From Candidatus Micrarchaeota archaeon (GTDB lineage Archaea > Micrarchaeota > Micrarchaeia > Micrarchaeales > Micrarchaeaceae), in NCBI GenBank assembly GCA_027345565.1, contig DAHWIF010000011.1, positions 32,001-96,000 of the forward strand: 64,000 nt of DNA, given 5' to 3'. The translations under genes and the position numbers were made by a program. Shown here in pieces: positions 37,640 to 45,895 of the stretch; the stretch's first letter is position 1, and each line of letters begins with the position of its first letter. The notes under the pieces are model-generated. The model had not been told where the DNA came from. It searched no databases and saw only the letters and a list, made by a program, of their open reading frames with translations.

Positions 37640-38398
37640 TCACGATAGTCTCCTGCTGTTTATTTCGCCATCCAGTTTCTCGAGTGCCGCTTCGCTCCAC
37701 AGTGCTTTCCTGCCAGGCCTCCCGCCTGGTGCAAGCGCGCCGACGCTTATGCTCTGAACTCTGCATACGTCTATTCCTGGTATGTTCCTTGCTGCTTTCG
37801 CTATGCCCCTGTCCTCATCTACTACTATAAGAAGCGATCTTCCATAGCGCCTTTGCCTGGATGAGCGCCTTATGCCCTTGCGCCTGATTTTCGCCCCCTT
37901 GATCTCCTCGCCGTCCAACTTCAGGCTCTTCAGCATCTTGATCACCTCCTTCGTCCTACTGATCGATTCGACGTTTGAAGAGAGCACTATCGGCTGCTTT
38001 GTGGCTGCTATCGCGCTGCGGATCGCTTTCTGGTACTCTTTAGCATTTATCCTCTCCTCTATCCTCTTCTCGACAAGATGAGGATGCGCTCTCTTTCCTT
38101 TGACTGCGGATGGTATGCGCTTCACCTTGCCCTGTGCGCCTCCGCCGAGTTTTTCCCTCGGCCTTATAGCGATGCCCATGTGCCTGCCAGTCCTGTATGA
38201 ATTCATAGCCCCATAATATCTTGCCGTAGTCTGCATTCCTGCAAGCACGTAGTGCGCTTGCGGCTGAAGCGTCCGTGTGTTCTCGGCAACAACCGCCCTG
38301 GCTATAAGATCGGGCCTCACCGCCTCCGAGAACGCTGCCGGCAACGTCACCGACTTGAGCGTGCTGCCATCTATATTAAGGACCTGGGCATCGGTCAT
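37640..38398 (-). CDS. rpl4: Ribosomal protein uL4
   Basis: VRPDLI, GKRAHP, RNIPGID, LAPGG. Confidence 0.95.
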   Translation of the reverse strand: MTDAQVLNIDGSTLKSVTLPAAFSEAVRPDLIARAVVAENTRTLQPQAHYVLAGMQTTARYYGAMNSYRTGRHMGIAIRPREKLGGGAQGKVKRIPSAVKGKRAHPHLVEKRIEERINAKEYQKAIRSAIAATKQPIVLSSNVESISRTKEVIKMLKSLKLDGEEIKGAKIRRKGIRRSSRQRRYGRSLLIVVDEDRGIAKAARNIPGIDVCRVQSISVGALAPGGRPGRKALWSEAALEKLDGEINSRRLS

Positions 38399-39369
38399 CT
38401 GATCACCTTACCGGTCGTGGCTATGTATCCTATCTTTGGCTCCTTTATGCCTTTTGCGTCCCTGTTATCCATTGATTTTCTGATCCTGACCAGCCGCTTG
38501 GCGGGACCCGGAATGGAGCCGTCGATTATTATGAAGTCTGACACCACGTTGCCGTAATTTATGAATCCTTGCTTAGGGTTCACACTCCCTGCGTCATCCT
38601 TCTTACCAATCTTAAGGACCAGCTTGTTGTGCTCCGTCCTGTAATTGAAGCCTGTCTGGCCTGCCTGCGGCACGCTCGGGAGCACCCTTTTGGTCCCGAA
38701 CGCTCCAAGCGGGGATACGTGCCTTATCTTCTGCGTCGCCTTGTGAGCTTGCCTTGCGGTCCCGAACCTCTTTATCGGGCCTTGCCAGCCCTTGCCCTTG
38801 GATATCGAGATTATGTCGACGTGCTCCCCGTTCTTGAATATATCAGAGGGTTTTATCTCCTTGCCTAGCAGCTTTGCTGCGTATTCCATCTTCTCTACTG
38901 TGCTCTTGCCGATTATTGCAGCTTCGAACCTGTCCTGATGGCGCTGGCCGACGGCCGTGCCCCGCGGATACGCCGCCATGAGCAAAGACACGCCGGCGTA
39001 GTTTTGAGCATCCTGCTTTGCTATGTCTATCCTCTCCCTTTCAGGGGCCACCTTTTTCACGCCGACCCTCTGGGCAGCGGCCTTGTCGTAAAGCTCGTTG
39101 GCTATTTTCAAGTAGCCGGTTGATCCTTCCTTCTTATAAAGCCTTATGCCATACGCCTCTATTGTCGGCACCTCTATTATGGTACATGCCTTACTAGTCT
39201 CCGATGCCTTCTGCGTCTCTTCGACCACCATGGCGCTCGTCATCCCGACCTTGTATCCCACTATGCTTGAGAGCGACATCTCCTTCGCTCCTCTAGGTAT
39301 AGCGCGCATCCTGGGCAGCCTTCTGTACGCCCTCCGCTTCTGCCAGTATTGCATAGAGCCTCTAGTCAT
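38395..39369 (-). CDS. rpl3: Ribosomal protein uL3
   Basis: GYKVGMT, SKGKGWQGPIKRFG, GSIPGP. Confidence 0.96.
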   Translation of the reverse strand: MTRGSMQYWQKRRAYRRLPRMRAIPRGAKEMSLSSIVGYKVGMTSAMVVEETQKASETSKACTIIEVPTIEAYGIRLYKKEGSTGYLKIANELYDKAAAQRVGVKKVAPERERIDIAKQDAQNYAGVSLLMAAYPRGTAVGQRHQDRFEAAIIGKSTVEKMEYAAKLLGKEIKPSDIFKNGEHVDIISISKGKGWQGPIKRFGTARQAHKATQKIRHVSPLGAFGTKRVLPSVPQAGQTGFNYRTEHNKLVLKIGKKDDAGSVNPKQGFINYGNVVSDFIIIDGSIPGPAKRLVRIRKSMDNRDAKGIKEPKIGYIATTGKVIR

Positions 39370-39480
39370 GATAGCACTCTCGGACCTTTATTCCGACTGG
39401 AAAATCAGTACCGTAAATGCAGTTATATTGACTTTGACACATTTATAAATTTATAGCTTGCCTTGCGATTACAAGAACTG

Positions 39481-40047
39481 TCAGCTCCTCAGGTTCGCCC
39501 TTTTCGACGGCCGTCTCTTTATAGTTCCGTATCCCTTCCTAGCTATTCCGCGGTGGAGCCTTCCCGAGTATGTCAGCCCGCGATAGGACCTGCCTTTTTG
39601 CGTGACAACGTTTCTATATGCAGGATCGGCCAAAACCTGTGGTGACGACCTGTCAAGGAGTATTACCTCGTAGAACAGGTCCGTGCCGGCCTGGCCTACG
39701 AAATAGGAGTTGAGTACCTCTGTATTGGTGAACCTGGTTGCTGCCCTCTCCTCGGCTATCGAACGGGTGGATTTTGTAGGGGAGAAAAACCTGCCGCTCT
39801 TTGAAGGCTTCCTGCCGCCCCCTGGCCGCTCCCTTTTCTTCTTGCCCCCTCTGACCCGCACTCTGGCTACAATCACTCCCTCTTTTGCCTTGTAGCCAAG
39901 CCCCCTGGCCCTAGCTATATTCATAGGCCCGTCAACTCTCTTTACAGGTGGGTCCGCCCTCCACGCGGTCATCCTGTCTTTGTAGAGTTGGTTGCGTTCC
40001 TTGTAGCCTTGCGTGAACGAGGCTTTCATGTGTTTGTATAAACCCAT
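39481..40047 (-). CDS. rpl15e: Ribosomal protein eL15
   Basis: ARGLGYKAKEG, EVLNSY, RGLT. Confidence 0.96.
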   Translation of the reverse strand: MGLYKHMKASFTQGYKERNQLYKDRMTAWRADPPVKRVDGPMNIARARGLGYKAKEGVIVARVRVRGGKKKRERPGGGRKPSKSGRFFSPTKSTRSIAEERAATRFTNTEVLNSYFVGQAGTDLFYEVILLDRSSPQVLADPAYRNVVTQKGRSYRGLTYSGRLHRGIARKGYGTIKRRPSKRANLRS

Positions 40048-40241
40048 CTTATCACTGCGAGAAGACGCTGGATAAGTTGCGCGCCAAACTATAAAATACT
40101 TCGGTTCCCGGCGCGCTGGGCCGATTTTGCCCGTTTTACAAAATTACAGACTTTCACTGACATATTTCAAATTTTAGCTATGTTTAAATACTTTAAAGCC
40201 GTAATCTACCTCAGGACAAAAGCGTTCTTTGGTGTGTATTT

Positions 40242-40973
40242 ATGGCTATAAGAAGGGTATCTAAGAAGGTCTCTAGGAAGGCCCGTGCGAGGGCTTCGAC
40301 AAGGAAGATGGCTAAGAGGAAAGTTAACCGTGCTAGCACAACCCCCGCGAAGCGCAGGCGCAGCACGCAGCAGAACGCGCAGGCGAAAGGCGCGGACGCA
40401 AAGGCTGCGAGGCGCGGCGATGCACTGAACATAGCTTCTGCGGAGGAGGTGAAGTCGGCTGTCGAAGGCCTTCTCTCGGACAACGACTCAGTCTCATTCC
40501 TGAGGAAGAATATAAGCAAGTGGGCGCCGGACGTGCTCAACATGCTGGTAACCCCGAAAACCGACGAGTATCTCGCGGAGCAGCTTGGAATGAAGATAAA
40601 CGCAGTCAGGAGGATACTTAACCTGATGCAGGGATATGGGGTCACGAACTACTATGTGGCGAAGAACACCAACGGGTGGCTTTCCTTCGCGTGGTACGTC
40701 AACACAGACAAGGTGGCGCCGTTCTTCGATTACATAAAAAGCGTTTCTAGCAGGAAGAGCATAGTGACGGATGAATGCAATGATTATTTTATGTGCAACG
40801 GCTGCTACCCGAAAGACAGGCTGATTTTCACTTTTGACGCCGCTTACGAAGCAGGCTTCAAGTGCAATTGCGGACAGAAGTTTGCAAGGATAGACAAAGA
40901 TGCAGCTGAGAAGATGAGTGCTGAGGGTAATGCCGCCACCGATGATGTAGGAGTTCCGGCAGGCACGCTTTAA
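40242..40973 (+). CDS. tfe: Transcription factor E alpha with basic N-terminal tail
   Basis: TDEYLAEQLGMKINAVRRIL winged helix, GW..AW, Zn ribbon CNGC..FDAAYEAGFKCNCG. Confidence 0.88.
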   Translation: MAIRRVSKKVSRKARARASTRKMAKRKVNRASTTPAKRRRSTQQNAQAKGADAKAARRGDALNIASAEEVKSAVEGLLSDNDSVSFLRKNISKWAPDVLNMLVTPKTDEYLAEQLGMKINAVRRILNLMQGYGVTNYYVAKNTNGWLSFAWYVNTDKVAPFFDYIKSVSSRKSIVTDECNDYFMCNGCYPKDRLIFTFDAAYEAGFKCNCGQKFARIDKDAAEKMSAEGNAATDDVGVPAGTL

Positions 40974-41010
40974 TCCTTCTTTTTATACTTTGCTGCTAAA
41001 TCTTGTTGGT

Positions 41011-41097
41011 AGCGAGGTAGGGTAGTCTGGAGTGCCCGTCGGGCTCATAAAATTTTGAGAGACCCGAAGATCAGTGGTTCAAATCCACTCCTCGCTA
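41011..41097 (+). tRNA. Initiator tRNA-Met(CAT) with a 12-nt intron at position 37/38 (41050-41061)
   Basis: A1-U72 pair, GGG/CCC anticodon stem, CTCATA[aaattttgagag]A, TTCAAAT loop. Confidence 0.9.
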
Positions 41098-41220
41098 CAC
41101 TTAACACTTGACTTCCGCTAATACCGTAACCGATACAAATTGAATACTACCTTTTATAAGTTATCAATCAAAATCATATTATATAAAGCGCCGCGATTAG
41201 CGGAACTCAGGGGTGTCAAA

Positions 41221-41718
41221 TTGACTGAAAACCAATTCACATACGATATGCTCTGGCAAGCGTATCAGAAGGAGAAAAAGTCAAACGAACTACAGCTGGT
41301 GCCGAAGAGCTTTTACGAGGATTCAACCGAGCTCATAAAGGAGCTGAAGGAGAGCTCGCAGACAGAGGACGGCGTGCCTCAGAAGGAAAATGCAGCGAAG
41401 CTTCTAAATGGCACATTCGAGCGCAGGAAGCAGAAGATCATGATATACGCGGCGTACGGAAGGCAGCCGCCGGGCCCGCTGCCGCAGCACGAAGCCGAGC
41501 TCTACGACGCTGCTGTTCGGCTCATGCAAGAGAGCACGCTTGACAAGAGGGCCGATGGCGCAAAGGCAACAACGCTTAAGGCATTACAGCCCATACCGGA
41601 GATATTGCTGCCATCCGGGAGGAAGCTGGGCCCGCTTGAGAAGGACCAGGCGTTTGAAATAAGCAACAAGGACGACAGGGCATTCCTTCTGAACAGCAAC
41701 ATATGCGGGGAGACATGA
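41221..41718 (+). CDS. GINS complex protein (Gins15/51 type)
   Basis: TYDML..QKEK..ELQLVPKSFY..ERRKQKI plus a C-terminal B domain (IPEILLPSGRKLGP); conserved position before L44e. Confidence 0.8.
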   Translation: MTENQFTYDMLWQAYQKEKKSNELQLVPKSFYEDSTELIKELKESSQTEDGVPQKENAAKLLNGTFERRKQKIMIYAAYGRQPPGPLPQHEAELYDAAVRLMQESTLDKRADGAKATTLKALQPIPEILLPSGRKLGPLEKDQAFEISNKDDRAFLLNSNICGET

Positions 41719-41719
41719 C

Positions 41720-42004
41720 ATGGAGATGGTAAAGGAGATCAGGACATACTGCCCGAAGTGCAACAAGCACACTCTACACGCCGTCAGACTTTATTCAGGC
41801 AAGGCTGAGCGCGGGCTCAGCATGGGCACGAGGAGGAGGCGCAGGAAACTCAAAGGCTACATAGGCAAGGTAAAGGGCCAGGCCACCAGGATAAAAGCAT
41901 CGAAGAGGCAGAAGGTGCTGCTGGAGTGCAAAGAGTGTCATTACACTGTAGAAAGGGTAATCGGCACCCGCACGAAGAAGAAACTAGAGATAAAGGCGCA
42001 GTGA
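41720..42004 (+). CDS. rpl44e: Ribosomal protein eL42 (L44e)
   Basis: RTYCPKCNKHT..ECKEC. Confidence 0.93.
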   Translation: MEMVKEIRTYCPKCNKHTLHAVRLYSGKAERGLSMGTRRRRRKLKGYIGKVKGQATRIKASKRQKVLLECKECHYTVERVIGTRTKKKLEIKAQ

Positions 42005-42005
42005 T

Positions 42006-42794
42006 ATGGCCGACAACGAGACACCAAAGATAGGGGCACTGGTCATCGCGCAGGTGTCGAAGATAACGCAGTTCGGCGCGTACTGCAGATTGCCTGAATA
42101 CAACAACACTGAAGTCTTCCTGCCGATAAGGGAGGTATCGTCAGGCTGGATAAAGAACATACGCGAGTTCATACACGAAGGGCAGAGCCTTGTATGCAAG
42201 GTAGTCATGTATGATAGGAACCGGAACACGATAGACGTGTCGCTAAAGAAGGTCACGCCAAAGGAGACGAAGGTAAAGATAGGGGCGTACAACCTAGAGA
42301 AGAGGCTTTCCGCGCTACTACAAAGGGCAGCCAAGCAGGCAGGTGTCGATAACAAGGAGACCATACCTGGCATGCTCGCCGAGTTCGGCACCTACGCAAG
42401 CATATTCCAGCACGCGGCAGAGAACACCGAGCAGTTCCGCAACCTCAAGATACCGAAGGGCTTCAAGGAAGAGATACAGACGGCAATAGAGGCGAACAGG
42501 AAGGAGAAGAAGCACACAGTATCGTACATAGCGACAATATCCACGTACAACACAGAGTCCGGCGCAACCGAACTCAGGAAGCTGCTCGGCGGGGCTGTGG
42601 ACGACGGCGTAATGGTCTCCTACATAAGCGCGCCGAAGTACAGGTTTGTGTCAGACGGGAAGGATTATGCTGAGGCCGAAGCGAAGATAAAGAGGGCGGA
42701 AGCCGATATATCCGCAAAGATGAAGAAAGGGGTATTCAAGCTTGAGAAAGAGAAGCTCAGGAAGGAGAAGGAGGACATACTAGCACAGATATGA
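42006..42794 (+). CDS. eif2a: Translation initiation factor aIF2 alpha
   Basis: S1 domain FGAYCRLPEY, EVSSGWIKNIRE, IDVSLK, YISAPKY. Confidence 0.95.
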   Translation: MADNETPKIGALVIAQVSKITQFGAYCRLPEYNNTEVFLPIREVSSGWIKNIREFIHEGQSLVCKVVMYDRNRNTIDVSLKKVTPKETKVKIGAYNLEKRLSALLQRAAKQAGVDNKETIPGMLAEFGTYASIFQHAAENTEQFRNLKIPKGFKEEIQTAIEANRKEKKHTVSYIATISTYNTESGATELRKLLGGAVDDGVMVSYISAPKYRFVSDGKDYAEAEAKIKRAEADISAKMKKGVFKLEKEKLRKEKEDILAQI

Positions 42795-42798
42795 TTGC

Positions 42799-43593
42799 AT
42801 GAAAGACAGCACAACTATAATCCTGAACAAGGAGGTAAAGCTGAACAATCCCATATTGGTGGTAGGCCTGCCTGGGATAGGCAGCGTGGGCAAGCTGGTC
42901 GCCGAGCACCTCAAGAAGGAGTTCAACGGCGAGAGGATAGCGACGCTATACTCAAGCCACCTGCCCCACAAGGTGGTGATGCTGAAGAACGGCGGATTGA
43001 GGCTAGCCAGCAACCGCTTCTACTACATAAAGAGCAGGAAGAAGAACGGGAACGATATAGTGGTGCTTACCGGGGACGACCAGGCGCCCACGCCAGAAGG
43101 GCAGTACGAGATTAATGATAAAATAATCAGCTTCTTCAAGGAGAAGTTGAAAGGCAGATTCGTCTACACAGTAGCTAGCTACACTACAGGCGAGCCCGTT
43201 AACGGGACGCCGAGGGTTTTCGGGAACGCGACCAGTAAGCAGGTGATAGACAGCTTCAAGGGCAGCGGGGTGCTCTTCGGGAAGTCAAAAGGGGTCATAT
43301 GGGGGTCCGCCGGCCTGATAGTGGCTTTCGCCAAGCGCCAAAAGCTTGACGGGATATGCCTGATGGGCGAGACGTCATTCGTAGATCTTGACGCGGCCGC
43401 AGCCAAGTCCGTCCTGATGGTCTTGGCAGGCAGGCTGGGCCTGACGATAGACACGCAGAGCATAGACAAGATGATAGCGCGTACCGCAAAAACGATAAAG
43501 GAACTAGAGCACCAGATGACGATGGCATTCCCATCGATGCAGGGCGGAACAGGCCCTGCCCAGCACGAGCAGCACCCCACATATATACGGTAG
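42799..43593 (+). CDS. PAC2-family proteasome assembly chaperone
   Basis: VVGLPGIGSVGKL, GICLMGET; conserved location after aIF2 alpha. Confidence 0.9.
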   Translation: MKDSTTIILNKEVKLNNPILVVGLPGIGSVGKLVAEHLKKEFNGERIATLYSSHLPHKVVMLKNGGLRLASNRFYYIKSRKKNGNDIVVLTGDDQAPTPEGQYEINDKIISFFKEKLKGRFVYTVASYTTGEPVNGTPRVFGNATSKQVIDSFKGSGVLFGKSKGVIWGSAGLIVAFAKRQKLDGICLMGETSFVDLDAAAAKSVLMVLAGRLGLTIDTQSIDKMIARTAKTIKELEHQMTMAFPSMQGGTGPAQHEQHPTYIR

Positions 43594-43711
43594 TAACTGC
43601 AACGTTATTAATCTAAATTCGAGTTAGCCGGGTGTCTAACAAACACTAATTTTACGCAGATAAAAAGAGGTTCCAGACTGCGATTTAAACCTTTCCAAAA
43701 GCAGTACTCTC

Positions 43712-44872
43712 ATGAAAAGATACTTCTCTTCGGAAAGCGTCACGGAAGGACACCCTGACAAGGTATGCGATGCCATAAGCGACGCGATACTTGATGCGTG
43801 TTTGGCGCAGGACCCGGAAAGCAGGGTCGCTGTTGAGACGCTTGTGACCGCCAATTTCTGCTGCATCGCAGGGGAGATCACCACAAAGGCAAACGTCGAC
43901 TTCGAGCAGGTCGCAAGGCAAAAAATACGTGAGATAGGGTACACCGATCCAAATCTCGGGTTCTCGGACAAGGCAGAGATACTTGTCAAGATACACAAGC
44001 AGAGCCCAGACATATCACAAGGCGTCGATGCGAATGAGCAAGGCGCAGGCGACCAGGGGCTGATGTTTGGATATGCGACCAATGAAACAGAGCAGCTTAT
44101 GCCGCTGCCGATAGTGCTTGCGCACGGTTTGACAAGGAAGCTGGCAGAGGCCAGGAGGAGCAGGGCGATACCAGAGGTGCTGCCTGACGGCAAAAGCCAG
44201 GTAACCGTCGAGTACGAAGGGAGGCTGCCTAAGCGGGTGAGTGCTGTTGTTGTATCTGTCCACCACAAGGAGTGCAATATAGAAAAATTAAGGGCGGATG
44301 TGCGCGAAAAGGTGGTAGGGCCGGTGCTGGGTGGTTGGGCGGATAAGGACACTAGCATACTGATAAACGCCACTGGCAGGTTCGCATTGGGCGGCCCGGC
44401 AGCAGACACCGGTGTTACAGGCAGGAAGATAATAGTAGATAGCTATGGTGGAATGGGGAGGCACGGCGGAGGCGCGTTTTCAGGCAAGGACCCGTCGAAG
44501 GTTGACAGGTCCGCTGCATATATGGCAAGGTACATAGCGAAGAACGTAGTGGCGGCGGGGCTTGCAGACGAGTGCGAGATACAGGTCGCGTATTGCATAG
44601 GCATCGCAGACCCGATGAACATACATGTGAACTGCTTCGGCACCAACAAAGTGCCGCTTGAGATTATAGAGGAGCTGATAAGGAAGAACTTCAATTTAAG
44701 GCCATCGGCGATAATAAGGGAGTTGGGGCTCAAGTCGCCGATCTACTCAAGAACAGTGGCATACGGGCACTTCGGAAAGGGGGGCATGCCATGGGAAAAG
44801 ACCGACAAGGCAAAAATATTAAGAGAGGAAGCAAGCAATCTAACCAGGAACATAGAAGCACAGCGCCAGTAA
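43712..44872 (+). CDS. metK: S-adenosylmethionine synthetase, bacterial/eukaryotic type
   Basis: SESVTEGHPDK, GAGDQG, TGRKIIVD, GGGAFSGKDPSKVDRS. Confidence 0.97.
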   Translation: MKRYFSSESVTEGHPDKVCDAISDAILDACLAQDPESRVAVETLVTANFCCIAGEITTKANVDFEQVARQKIREIGYTDPNLGFSDKAEILVKIHKQSPDISQGVDANEQGAGDQGLMFGYATNETEQLMPLPIVLAHGLTRKLAEARRSRAIPEVLPDGKSQVTVEYEGRLPKRVSAVVVSVHHKECNIEKLRADVREKVVGPVLGGWADKDTSILINATGRFALGGPAADTGVTGRKIIVDSYGGMGRHGGGAFSGKDPSKVDRSAAYMARYIAKNVVAAGLADECEIQVAYCIGIADPMNIHVNCFGTNKVPLEIIEELIRKNFNLRPSAIIRELGLKSPIYSRTVAYGHFGKGGMPWEKTDKAKILREEASNLTRNIEAQRQ

Positions 44873-44935
44873 TCTAGCCTGGTAGGATCTGAGCTTCCCA
44901 AGCTCAATGCCCGGGTTCAAATCCCGGCTGGCGCA
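44863..44935 (+). tRNA. tRNA-Gly(CCC)
   Basis: Acceptor GCGCCAG/CTGGCGC, anticodon arm TGAGC-TTCCCAA-GCTCA, T arm CCGGG-TTCAAAT-CCCGG. Confidence 0.93.
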
Positions 44936-45637
44936 TCATACTACGAGAAGAAGCAGCAGCATCCCGACAAGGCCGCCGCATATGCTGCATATGAAGTTTG
45001 AGGTGAACTTGTTGCCCATGCCCTTTTCCTCGAAGTGGCCAAGCACGGAATCCGTGATTGTCCCTACGAATCCGCCTATAGTAATCGCAACCAACGAGTA
45101 GAGCACGAACTCAGGCCCTCCAGGCAGCATTATCCCGTTTTTGAACACGACGAAGGCGAACGGTACGCTGATAAGAAGCGCAGCGAAGAGGCCGGAGGCG
45201 AGCCCGAACGCGGTGACTCCTCCAGAAACGCCTTTCTTGACGCCCTTTAGCGTCAGTATGTCCTTTGGCTGGCCGTCAAGCACACCAAGCTCGCTGCTGA
45301 ACTTGTCAGATGTTACGGAAGCGACGCTGGCGCCGAAACCTGCCAACGCGGCTATCGCGATGCCGCTCGCTCCTCCTAGCATGGCAAAGAAGAAGATGAA
45401 GGAGAAGATAAGCGGGCCGGTGCCGTTTGACAGCACGTTAGCCACGCTCCTGCTCTTCTCATATACACCCAACGCACGCTTCCTGCCCCTCTCCGCGTTT
45501 GTAACCAGCGCTGAGAGCAGCAGGAAGTAGAGCATGAATGCGATGAAGACGATATTCAGGTCCCCAAAAAGCAGCAGTAGGAAGCCCAGCGCCAGCGCTG
45601 CTATTATGCCCTTGAGATCTAAGGTGAGGAAGGCCAT
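44936..45637 (-). CDS. DUF92/TMEM19 (VTE6-like) membrane protein
   Basis: RSVANVLSNG, SDKFSSELG, GVSGGVT..G, DSVLG, NF. Confidence 0.88.
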   Translation of the reverse strand: MAFLTLDLKGIIAALALGFLLLLFGDLNIVFIAFMLYFLLLSALVTNAERGRKRALGVYEKSRSVANVLSNGTGPLIFSFIFFFAMLGGASGIAIAALAGFGASVASVTSDKFSSELGVLDGQPKDILTLKGVKKGVSGGVTAFGLASGLFAALLISVPFAFVVFKNGIMLPGGPEFVLYSLVAITIGGFVGTITDSVLGHFEEKGMGNKFTSNFICSICGGLVGMLLLLLVV

Positions 45638-45720
45638 ATTGTTTCATTTTTATGAAATTATATTCCGCTATTAGTTCTTCTAAGAAAGCTTTTTAGAACT
45701 ATTCTTCTCTAGATTATTAC

Positions 45721-45800
45721 GGGTTCTCTACTGTAGGAAGGTCGTGAAGAACTGGTCGCCTTGCCAGCGTGGAAACACGCTGGCACTATTTCTTCTTCTC
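45721..45800 (+). ncRNA. Putative small structured RNA
   Basis: Perfect 10-bp stem TGCCAGCGTG-GAAA-CACGCTGGCA followed by a pyrimidine tract; GTTCT/AGAAC pairing upstream; TATA-like TTTTTAGA about 25-30 nt before. Confidence 0.35.
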
Positions 45801-45895
45801 TTCAGGTGCAGCGTAGCGCCTGCAAACCATTAACAGAGAGACAGGCACTTTCAGTATTAAATACTTATTTGTCGGTAATCTATTACCGTGTTCTG

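Noticed and set aside
43594-43711. SAM riboswitch upstream of metK
   Set aside because: The region is AT-rich with a TATA-like box and shows no SAM-I or SAM-II consensus
45721-45790. HDV-like or hammerhead ribozyme, or group II intron domain V
   Set aside because: The required conserved cores (HDV L3 and catalytic C strand, CUGAUGA, AGC triad helix) were not found on either strand
45761-45895. N-terminal extension of RadA in the track
   Set aside because: It runs through a hairpin and the TATA region; ATG 45896 gives a canonical-length RadA
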